Part shown: one piece after another, positions 56,582 to 64,000 of the stretch
Layout: every line of letters begins with the position of its first letter
Position numbering within the stretch: the first letter of the stretch is position 1
Assembly (NCBI GenBank): GCA_964506435.1
Contig: CAZDLK010000002.1
Location: 16,384 to 80,383, forward strand
DNA from: an uncultured Candidatus Bathyarchaeia archaeon
GTDB lineage: Archaea; Thermoproteota; Bathyarchaeia; Bathyarchaeales; Bathycorpusculaceae
Reading direction: 5' to 3'
Length of the DNA: 64,000 nucleotides
Made by a program: the position numbers and the translations under genes
The notes under the pieces: model-generated
The model's database searches: none
What the model saw: only the letters and a program-made list of their open reading frames with translations
What the model was told of the DNA's origin: nothing

Positions 56582-57811
56582 TCAAGTGAAATAACGCCAA
56601 TGAAAGATTCTCCTGTATTTACCAACTGCTGGGAAATCGGGATTCTCATAAACCACGTCTAAATGTATATTGTACTCTGACAGAAGCGAAAGGGATAATT
56701 CCCAAATTTTCTGGGCGCGCTCTCCTGACTGCCAGCACCAGATGCGGTCGTTAGGATGTCTCATCCCCCATCCATAGTTCCCAGGCAAAACCAATGCAGC
56801 CTCAACTTTTATTGAACCGCGAGTATCCTGCGGCAGTGTCTTCACGTCATTCCAGAATCGCTCAAGCGCCTCAAAATGCTCATCACTCAAAATTCCATAA
56901 GGATTACCCTCTATTTCCGGGTAGTTGAAGATTGTGATGTATTTGGCGCCAGCCTCATAAGACAGGCGCATTTGCTGGTAAATGTTTTCTCCGCTATCCA
57001 GATAAGGCGGTTCAGTATACTTCCACGTTATTATTGCACCCCAAGCCTTGCCTTGCAGTCGAGCTGCTCCTCGTATGAGGCTGATGCTTCGCGTCAGAGT
57101 TTCATTCCAGCCAAGCTGGACAAGCACAACATCGTAGCCTCCCAAGTAATCAAACCAGTAAAGAGCATAATCAGAAGTAAAAATCGTAATCGAACGCTCT
57201 CCGAGTTCGCAGATACCAGAATCATTCTTGATAATGTCCACGTATATTTTTGCTGCTAGGTCGTAGTCTTTAGCAAGCGAACCGTTCAAGAACGCATCCA
57301 TCGCTGAAGCATGCGCCCGGTATATACTTGAGTTCTGCAGCTTCAAATTGCTAAAGCAACGTGACCAGTTTAAATCCAGTTGGGTGCCGCCTGGTTCGTC
57401 GCAGTAGTAAACGCCCAAGAAGTGGTCGCCCCACCGCTGCTTAGCAAAGTCAAGCCAAGGCACCTGCCAAGGCGAATCATCATCGAAACAGCCGAAATAG
57501 GCTATTATGTGTAATCCTGCTTCTACCGCGTAATCGCAGATTTCGTTGGTTGCTGTTTCGTTTTTACTTATTGGACATGATTGAAGCACAAACAAATTAG
57601 TATAGTTTTTAACTCTGTCGATGAGCAGTTTGGCTTCTGTACTTGTGTTTCCACAAAAAGTAACGCCCACATAGAATGATGCGTCCTGTTTGTTGTCGCT
57701 TACCGACTTAGCGACGAGTGATATGGTTGCGGTTAGCAAAATTCCGAGTAAAAGCAGTGAAAGGGCAAAACGTTGTTTCACGTTCAGTATCCCCTTTGCA
57801 ACCGTAAACAA
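56582..57811 (-). CDS. Membrane-anchored extracellular protein, unknown function (409 aa)
   Basis: N-terminal TM. No family recognised. Confidence 0.4.
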   Translation of the reverse strand: MFTVAKGILNVKQRFALSLLLLGILLTATISLVAKSVSDNKQDASFYVGVTFCGNTSTEAKLLIDRVKNYTNLFVLQSCPISKNETATNEICDYAVEAGLHIIAYFGCFDDDSPWQVPWLDFAKQRWGDHFLGVYYCDEPGGTQLDLNWSRCFSNLKLQNSSIYRAHASAMDAFLNGSLAKDYDLAAKIYVDIIKNDSGICELGERSITIFTSDYALYWFDYLGGYDVVLVQLGWNETLTRSISLIRGAARLQGKAWGAIITWKYTEPPYLDSGENIYQQMRLSYEAGAKYITIFNYPEIEGNPYGILSDEHFEALERFWNDVKTLPQDTRGSIKVEAALVLPGNYGWGMRHPNDRIWCWQSGERAQKIWELSLSLLSEYNIHLDVVYENPDFPAVGKYRRIFHWRYFT

Positions 57812-58057
57812 CTTAAACTATGTGCACGCTAGCTTTGCAGGTAACATTAAGCCAGCATAACCTATAATCTTTTAATTACTAAACTGCATTAATAGTTTGC
57901 GTTTACAAAATAAACTGCGTGAATAGTCTTACGCATAACCTATTATCTAAGGGCGTAGCCAACCAAAAGTGTACGCATGAAAAAGGATTCACAGACACAG
58001 GAATAACGCAAGACTTATACACCGAAAACTAAAGCGTTATTCAGAGGCGGAAAAACA

Positions 58058-58525
58058 GTGCCGCAACTTGTGAAGGGCGGAAAGCACGTATATGCTTGGT
58101 CAAAAGTAAACAATAACGGAAGAATTGTAATTCCGAATGAGGCAATAACGGAATACAACTTGTTGACCTGTGATAAAGTGATTTTGATGCCGGGCAGTAA
58201 GCGCTCAGGAGGATTTGCGGTGACATCTGTAGAAGCGTTGAAAAAGTCAGCATTACGCGTTATTTTAGATGGGCACCCTCAACTAGCGGATTTCCAGATA
58301 ACGGAAGGAACAACAATAGAAATCAAGGGAAGACCCTATTGCTGGATCAAAATGAACAAAAATGGAAGCATAACAGTTCCATTGGAAACGTTGAAGAAAT
58401 ATGGAGTAAACCTTGGCGACAAGTTGCTTTCGGTGAGAGGCAGCGGCGTTGCTCTTGGCTTTATAGTTAAAGGTCCTATAATTGACGAAGCGAAAAAGCA
58501 TGCTGACATAAAAATGTATGAGTGA
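58058..58525 (+). CDS. Protein with two AbrB/SpoVT-like swapped-hairpin modules
   Basis: NNNGRIVIPNEAITEYNLLTCDKVILM and NKNGSITVPLETLKKYGVNLGDKLLSV. Confidence 0.5.
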   Translation: MPQLVKGGKHVYAWSKVNNNGRIVIPNEAITEYNLLTCDKVILMPGSKRSGGFAVTSVEALKKSALRVILDGHPQLADFQITEGTTIEIKGRPYCWIKMNKNGSITVPLETLKKYGVNLGDKLLSVRGSGVALGFIVKGPIIDEAKKHADIKMYE

Positions 58526-58608
58526 AACGAAGTATACTTTGATACTCTCGTTCCTTCAATCCAGGAGCATGCTTAACTGAATTCTTGGTCAGAGGCAAAT
58601 GTTGCAGT

Positions 58609-58893
58609 TTATTCGCTGCTTAGTTCATCGACTTCTTTTTTGCCCTCGTCCAGCTCTTTCTGTTGTTCCTTATCGTTCATCAATAACAACGCTTGAAACT
58701 CGCCCACATGCGTTTTTTCTTCTCTCGCTATGTCCAAGAGAACCCGCTTAATGTTTGCATCACCAGCTAAAGCGGCCATTTGCTCGTAAAGATTCACAGC
58801 GTCCAACTCCGCAATGATAGCGGCTCTCAGTATTTCCTTGTCCACGTTCTCTTTGCTTATTTTTTCAAGGTTTATAGGAATTTTTGATAACAA
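58609..58893 (-). CDS. Half-ferritin / rubrerythrin-like diiron protein (EncFtn-like)
   Basis: ELDAVNLYEQMAA...IAREEKTHVGEFQALL (E..Y and EE..H motifs). 94 aa. AAGGTGA 7 nt before the TTG start. Confidence 0.55.
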   Translation of the reverse strand: MLSKIPINLEKISKENVDKEILRAAIIAELDAVNLYEQMAALAGDANIKRVLLDIAREEKTHVGEFQALLLMNDKEQQKELDEGKKEVDELSSE

Positions 58894-58946
58894 GTTTGTT
58901 CACCTTTTCCGTTGGTTGTAGCATAATTTTTCCATCATTTAAACAT

Positions 58947-59816
58947 TTATGCCCTACACAGAAAATCAACAATTTTTCTCCACACAGCCTCTATTTCTTT
59001 GGCAAATTCGCTCTGCGGCGCGTATTCCATAATTGTTTTTCCATTAACCATGGCTTCTGTGACTTTAGGGTTGAATGGGATTCTGCCGACAACTTTTACA
59101 TTGTTTTCATCGCAGAAACTCAGGATTTTCTCAGTGTTATCCATGTTCACGTCAAACATGTTTACGCAGACTAAAGGAGCCACACGGAAATGATCCAGCA
59201 GTTGCAGCACCCTTTCAAGGTCATGAATACCTGACAAAGTTGGTTCAGTAACAACTAACCCAGCGTCTACGCCTGCAATCGAAGCTATGACGGGACAGCC
59301 GACTCCTGGCGAACCGTCAACAAGAACAAGGTCACTGCCTTCTTTTTCAGCTAATTTCTTAGCGTTCTGCCTAACCAGAGTAACCAGTTTCCCAGAGTTA
59401 GCCTCACCTGGAGACAGCATAGCATGCGCCATAAAACCGTACTGAGTCTTAGAAATATAGGCACATCCGGAAACGCGTTCAGCCAAAGTTACCGCGTTCG
59501 CTGGGCAAACAATGGTGCAGACGCCGCAGCCTTCGCAGGCGATTGCGTCAACCTTTAAATCGCTGGTTATGGCGTCGAAAACACATTTTTCTCTGCATGT
59601 GCCGCATTTGATGCATTTGGCTTCGTTGATAATCGCCATTTTTGAACTCTTGAACTGTTGCGTTTCGATTACTTCAGGGTGCAGAAGCATGTGAAGGTCA
59701 GGTGCGTCAACGTCGCAGTCTGCAACAACAGCGTTTTTCGCTAGAACAGCGAAGGAAGCCGTTAGGGTTGTTTTTCCAGTGCCGCCTTTTCCGCTTAAAA
59801 TCGTCAGCTGCTTCAT
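58947..59816 (-). CDS. MinD/ParA-superfamily P-loop ATPase with an inserted 2x[4Fe-4S] ferredoxin domain
   Basis: SGKGGTGKTT; CIKCGTCREKC and CEGCGVCTIVCP. Confidence 0.8.
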   Translation of the reverse strand: MKQLTILSGKGGTGKTTLTASFAVLAKNAVVADCDVDAPDLHMLLHPEVIETQQFKSSKMAIINEAKCIKCGTCREKCVFDAITSDLKVDAIACEGCGVCTIVCPANAVTLAERVSGCAYISKTQYGFMAHAMLSPGEANSGKLVTLVRQNAKKLAEKEGSDLVLVDGSPGVGCPVIASIAGVDAGLVVTEPTLSGIHDLERVLQLLDHFRVAPLVCVNMFDVNMDNTEKILSFCDENNVKVVGRIPFNPKVTEAMVNGKTIMEYAPQSEFAKEIEAVWRKIVDFLCRA

Positions 59817-60649
59817 GGCTTGGCAACCGCCTTTATTTCGTCATAAAGCCTCTGGAACTGTTCAGTCCACTCGGGCAGTTCTTTGCTGAAAGGTATTCCA
59901 CGGGAATAGAGCTCGGCAATCTTTCGCTGGTAGGGAATTTCCATCAAAACTCGGATGCTCTCTGTCCTGCAGTAATCGTAAACTTTTTTGTCGCCTACGC
60001 CTGCGCGGTTAACGACAACGCCGAAGGGAACCGCCATTTTCCGCAATACTTGAACCGCTATCTGTAAATCGTGTAAACCGAAAGGTGTAGGCTCCGTCAC
60101 CAAGATACAGAAGTCGCTGCCTCTGACTGTTTCAATAAAAGGACATGAAGCGCCAGGCGGCGAATCCAAAATAACAGTTCTATCCTTAGCCATCTGCTTT
60201 TTGACGGCTTTTATCACTGGAACCGCCATGGGCTTGCCTATTTTCAGTTCTCCATAAACAAGCGATAAATCTCCAACTGACCCAAACTTCAAAACGCCGA
60301 TGCGGTTATTTTCCCAGCTGATTGCGTTTTTCGGGCAAACCATGGCGCATCCGCCGCAACTGTGGCATAAATCTGGGAAAACTATGACTTTTTTTGAACC
60401 AGAGAATAGGGCGTTATATTGACAGAATTTTGCGCACTCGCCACAGTGGTCGCATAATTCCTCATTGACAAGCGGAATCAGACTAGTCACAGACTTTGAT
60501 TTGTACAGCCTTGGGTGCAAAAGCAAATGCGCGTTCGGCTCTTCAACATCACAGTCTAGAAGTTGAACATTGCCTATGGAAAGAGCCAGATTCACGGCTA
60601 CGGATGTTTTTCCAGTTCCGCCTTTCCCACTAGCCACAGACACAATCAT
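59813..60649 (-). CDS. Second MinD/ParA-type ATPase with an inserted ferredoxin domain
   Basis: SGKGGTGKTS; CDHCGECAKFC and CHSCGGCAMVCP. 4-nt overlap with the next gene. Confidence 0.8.
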   Translation of the reverse strand: MIVSVASGKGGTGKTSVAVNLALSIGNVQLLDCDVEEPNAHLLLHPRLYKSKSVTSLIPLVNEELCDHCGECAKFCQYNALFSGSKKVIVFPDLCHSCGGCAMVCPKNAISWENNRIGVLKFGSVGDLSLVYGELKIGKPMAVPVIKAVKKQMAKDRTVILDSPPGASCPFIETVRGSDFCILVTEPTPFGLHDLQIAVQVLRKMAVPFGVVVNRAGVGDKKVYDYCRTESIRVLMEIPYQRKIAELYSRGIPFSKELPEWTEQFQRLYDEIKAVAKP

Positions 60650-60694
60650 TCAATTATCCTTCCAGTAAAAATAGTGAAAAAACATTGGAAACTT

Positions 60695-61087
60695 CTATAT
60701 TTCTGCGCGCCCCTTCATTTTTTCGTACTCGGCAATTGCCTTTCGCAGCGTCCTCACAGAAAGCATGGCGCACTCCAGCTTTGACTTCGGTAAACCTCCA
60801 AGCTCCGCCAGTATGTCGTCTTCCGTCAACGCCTTTGCTTGCTTAATAGTTTTGCCCTTCAAAAGTATAGTCATCGCAGATGCTGACGCAGCGGAACCTG
60901 GACAGCCTAAATAGTAAAACTTGGCTTCGTCTATGATGTCTTTTTCGCTGATTTTTAGGTATAGCTTTATGAGGTCGCCGCATGGACCGAGAAATGTCGT
61001 GGCAACACTGGGGTTCTCCAGTTTTCCCACGTTAACATTGTTCACGTACATTTCAATAGCCTTCTCAGAGTACCCTGACTCCTTCAT
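60695..61087 (-). CDS. IscU/NifU-N-terminal-like Fe-S scaffold protein
   Basis: GPCGDLIKLYLKI, YLGCPGSAASASAMT, KLECAMLSVRTLRKAI (three conserved Cys positions). Confidence 0.75.
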   Translation of the reverse strand: MKESGYSEKAIEMYVNNVNVGKLENPSVATTFLGPCGDLIKLYLKISEKDIIDEAKFYYLGCPGSAASASAMTILLKGKTIKQAKALTEDDILAELGGLPKSKLECAMLSVRTLRKAIAEYEKMKGRAEI

Positions 61088-61164
61088 AAGCGTCAGTTCT
61101 TCTTTCGACAGTTTCCTCGACGTTCTTTCACCTCCAGAATCTGCCTTTCCTCTTAACTTCTGCT

Positions 61165-61539
61165 TTAGTGGTGATGTGCATGCTCGCAGCCTTCGGTTAA
61201 TTCTTGAAGTTCATGCGCTTTGTAGGCGTTGACTACTTCGCCGACGGTGTCTGCATTGGCTCTCAACACTGCCACGCCAGCGTTTTGGAAACTAATCAGC
61301 CCCCGTGGACCCATACCGTAGACTATGATGGCTGTCGGCTGATGAACCAGCAGGTTATCATGCGAAAAACCCATTCCGCCTGCGTGCTCACCAACGTTTG
61401 GCACAGTTTTAACCTCTGCCACGTTGCCTTTTTCATCAAAGTCAACAATCGCATAGTAAGGCGCTCTTCCAAAATGCTCTGCTAAACGAGCTTTCAAGCC
61501 AGCTTGATCTTCTGCGGGAACAATTACTCTATCTGTCAA
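61165..61539 (-). CDS. NifX/NifB-C-like protein with a Cys/His-rich C-terminal tail
   Basis: EHFGRAPYYAIVDFD...IIVYGMGPRGLISF. The tail is EGCEHAHHH. Confidence 0.7.
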   Translation of the reverse strand: MTDRVIVPAEDQAGLKARLAEHFGRAPYYAIVDFDEKGNVAEVKTVPNVGEHAGGMGFSHDNLLVHQPTAIIVYGMGPRGLISFQNAGVAVLRANADTVGEVVNAYKAHELQELTEGCEHAHHH

Positions 61540-61594
61540 TTCTTCACCTCCCTCAATAGCCTTGACTCGTCACTGGATAAATAAGTTAAAGCCC

Positions 61595-61981
61595 TCATGC
61601 ACGTTCTCCCTGCCCTTTAACCATCCCGAAGTGTCCGCTAACGGTAGGTGCGCCAGTGCTCTGCAGCTTGCCGCTTTTGTACCCGTCAACGACTTCTTTA
61701 ACGGTTCCAGACGCACCAGTTACAATCTCTATGCCAGCCGCCTTCAATGCCCTGAAGGCGTTAGGTCCAACATTCCCAGTTATAACTACTTTAGCGTCTT
61801 TGTTTGCTATGGTTTGAGCCGCTTGGATTCCTGCGCCGCCTATCGCATCTGAAGCAGTATTAGAGATAGCTTCAAACTGCATAGTTTCAGAATCCACAAT
61901 TACAAAATAGGGGCATCTGCCGAAGCGCGGATCCAACTGCGCTTCCAAATTGTTTGCTGTTGCGCTTACACATATTTTCAT
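61595..61981 (-). CDS. NifX/NifB-C-like protein
   Basis: PRFGRCPYFVIVDSE...VITGNVGPNAFRAL. Confidence 0.7.
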   Translation of the reverse strand: MKICVSATANNLEAQLDPRFGRCPYFVIVDSETMQFEAISNTASDAIGGAGIQAAQTIANKDAKVVITGNVGPNAFRALKAAGIEIVTGASGTVKEVVDGYKSGKLQSTGAPTVSGHFGMVKGQGERA

Positions 61982-61998
61982 TTAATCACTTCCTCGGT

Positions 61999-62919
61999 TT
62001 ACTGATCTCCCAGAAATTGCTTGATGTTCTGGACAATTTCTGTGAAAGCTTTGGTTGCGGGCGAGGTCTTGTTTTCAGCTATGAAGGGCAGCCCATTATC
62101 TGAGTCGCTGCAGATTTTAGGGTCTATTGGAATGCTGCCCAAGTATGGAATAGACAGGTCGTCCGCTACCTTTTTTCCGCCGCCCGTGCGGAAAATGTTA
62201 ATTTTGGCTCCGCAGTCTGGGCATACAAACCCGCTCATGTTTTCCACTATGCCGATTATGGGCACGCCTATTTGCCTGGCAAAGGTGATTGCTTTTTTGA
62301 CGACGGCTTGCGAAACTTCAGAAGGCATAGTTACAATAACTACGCCATCCATGTCTGGAATCAACTGCATAACGCTTAATGGCTCGTCGCCGGTTCCAGG
62401 CGGGAGGTCTATGAATAAATAGTCAAGGTCGCCCCAGGTCACATCAGATAAGAACTGTTGGATTACTCTCATTTTCAATGGACCGCGCCAAATCACTGGC
62501 GCCTCATCGTTTGGAAGCAAAAAGTCCATGGATACAACTTTTAGGCCCAGTTTGCCAGTAACTGGAAAAAGCAAGCCGCCTGGTCCGCCGATAAGCGTTT
62601 GCCCTTTTAGACCCAGCATTTTTGGAATACAGGGTCCATGAATATCTGCGTCGAGAACGCCGACTTTGTCTTTGTGTCCTTGTAACGCGAAAGCCATTGC
62701 AAGGTTTGCGGTTACGGTGCTTTTGCCTACGCCGCCTTTGCCGCTGATTACGGCTATTTTGTGTTTAATCTTGCTTAGTTTCAACTTTAGTTTTTGCTCT
62801 TGTTCAAATTGTTGCTTTCGTTGGTCGTTGCACCCGTCGGGTGTGGCGCATGTTTCGCATTTTCCGTCGCATTCCTCGGCAACGTTCGCCTGTTTGGTTG
62901 TGCTTTTCACTTTTTTCAC
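61999..62919 (-). CDS. Mrp/NBP35/ApbC-family Fe-S cluster carrier ATPase with a Cys-rich N-terminus
   Basis: ISGKGGVGKSTVTANLA, CPDCG, N-terminal CDGKCETCATPDGC. Confidence 0.85.
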   Translation of the reverse strand: MKKVKSTTKQANVAEECDGKCETCATPDGCNDQRKQQFEQEQKLKLKLSKIKHKIAVISGKGGVGKSTVTANLAMAFALQGHKDKVGVLDADIHGPCIPKMLGLKGQTLIGGPGGLLFPVTGKLGLKVVSMDFLLPNDEAPVIWRGPLKMRVIQQFLSDVTWGDLDYLFIDLPPGTGDEPLSVMQLIPDMDGVVIVTMPSEVSQAVVKKAITFARQIGVPIIGIVENMSGFVCPDCGAKINIFRTGGGKKVADDLSIPYLGSIPIDPKICSDSDNGLPFIAENKTSPATKAFTEIVQNIKQFLGDQ

Positions 62920-63055
62920 CGCTTAGCGAGAAATCAGTTTAAGACTTAAATAATATTAATACTTTTTGTTGATAAAATAAACTTTTTAGCGTTGCCGCAT
63001 ACAAGTGGTTAAGCACAACTCACAAGGTCAACGTCAGTTTTTTAGCCATTCGGAA

Positions 63056-64000
63056 TCATTCGGAGGCTACTGCGTTTTTGAGTAACTCTGCTTTATCCGT
63101 TCTCTCCCAAGCAAAGTCAGGGTCGTCTCTTCCAAAATGTCCGAACGCAGCTGTTTTTCTGTAGATCGGTCTTCGTAAACTTAAATTGTCGATTATCGCT
63201 TTAGGCCGCATGTCAAAGTGCTTCTTAACTAAGTCAAGTATTTCTTTATTAGAGATTTTACCTGTGCCAAATGTGTCCAGCATCACTGAGACTGGCTGCG
63301 CCAAACCAATTGCGTACGATATTTGTACTTCACATCGGTCTGCTAAGCCTGCGGCGACAATGTTCTTGGCAATGTACCGTGCCATGTAGCAGCCTGAACG
63401 GTCAACTTTCGACGGGTCTTTTCCAGAGAAGCATCCGCCGCCGTGTCTTCCGACGCCGCCATAAGTGTCTACGATGATTTTGCGTCCAGTTAGGCCAGAA
63501 TCAGCCAGGGTTCCGCCGATCACGAATCTTCCAGTTCCGTTAACTACATACTGCGTGTTTTCATCCAGTAATTCTGCGGGTACAACTTTCTTTATTACCT
63601 GATTTATGATGTCTTCTCGCAGTTTTTCTCTTGCAATATTCGCCGTATGCTGCGCCGCGATCACAACTGTGGTGACCCGCGTGGGTTTTTCGTTAACGTA
63701 CTCAACCGCAACCTGGGATTTTCCGTCAGGTCTAAGATACGGCAGCAAGCCTGTTTTTCTGCATTCTGCTAGCCGCTTAACGAGTTTGTGTGCAAGCAGT
63801 ATGGGCAGCGGCATCAATTCGGTTGTCTCGTTTGATGCGTAGCCGAAAACCATTCCTTGGTCTCCGGCGCCTTGTTCGTGGTCGTTGCTTTCATTTACGC
63901 CTCTGGCGATGTCTGGAGATTGCTCAGTGAAAGACGTTAAAACACCGCAAGTTTCGGCGTCCAATCCGTCTTTGGCGTTGTCGAATCCAATTTCTTTTAG
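63056..64000 (-). CDS. metK: S-adenosylmethionine synthetase, bacterial/eukaryal MetK type (5-prime end beyond window)
   Basis: [68 protein letters not shown]. The frame stays open to 64000. Confidence 0.85.
   Translation of the reverse strand, partial: LKEIGFDNAKDGLDAETCGVLTSFTEQSPDIARGVNESNDHEQGAGDQGMVFGYASNETTELMPLPILLAHKLVKRLAECRKTGLLPYLRPDGKSQVAVEYVNEKPTRVTTVVIAAQHTANIAREKLREDIINQVIKKVVPAELLDENTQYVVNGTGRFVIGGTLADSGLTGRKIIVDTYGGVGRHGGGCFSGKDPSKVDRSGCYMARYIAKNIVAAGLADRCEVQISYAIGLAQPVSVMLDTFGTGKISNKEILDLVKKHFDMRPKAIIDNLSLRRPIYRKTAAFGHFGRDDPDFAWERTDKAELLKNAVASE

Noticed and set aside
1-64000. tRNA, rRNA, SRP/RNase P RNA, C/D-box sRNA, transposase or integrase genes
   Set aside because: I scanned the intergenic regions by eye for T-loop-like GGTTCRAATCC, for C/D boxes and for recombinase-like ORFs. 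I found nothing convincing, but a covariance-model scan is needed to exclude small RNAs.

Overview
Gene-dense 64-kb window, mostly minus-strand genes. It reads as an archaeal chromosome segment. The support is a Sulfolobus-type OB-fold SSB with an RGG tail, a FlaI/FlaJ-type pilus core with prepilin-like genes, a ferredoxin plus geranylgeranyl-reductase pair, TATA-box and oligo-T signals, and archaeosortase-like C-terminal anchors. An anaerobic TACK lineage such as Bathyarchaeia is plausible, but that is inference only. I recognised no rRNA, tRNA, CRISPR array, transposase or integrase. The main blocks are: (1) 1-9.9 kb, a type IV pilus locus with ATPase, polytopic platform protein, four pilin-like genes and a large repeat-containing adhesin that runs off the window. 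(2) 11.2-15.2 kb, an orphan coiled-coil protein translationally coupled to an MCM/Mg-chelatase-like AAA+ protein. (3) 15.7-23 kb and 30-31.7 kb, housekeeping genes (GTP-PEPCK, AsnA-like with divergent Lrp/AsnC, ferredoxin+GGR, stomatin/NfeD, malic enzyme). (4) 23.2-27.8 kb and 49-52.9 kb, Kelch, beta-helix, Ig-like and PQQ-propeller surface proteins that share a C-terminal EPFPTVP-TM-KKRK signal and near-identical promoter/operator modules. (5) 32-45 kb, a co-directional cluster combining a nitrogenase-like pair, CobN, a BtuFCD-like importer, a CbiZ-like protein and a PEF-CTERM-like exported protein. In that pair the NifH-type reductase is fused to a NifD/E-type domain. The cluster has a duplicated promoter-plus-leader element. 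(6) 55.3-62.9 kb, an Fe-S/metallocofactor maturation-type cluster (3 NifX/NifB-C-like, 2 MinD-ferredoxin ATPases, IscU-like, Mrp/ApbC, DUF134, DUF5320-like, half-ferritin). The fused nitrogenase-like system and its neighbourhood is my best candidate for an undescribed system. All family assignments come from motif reading only; no searches were run.
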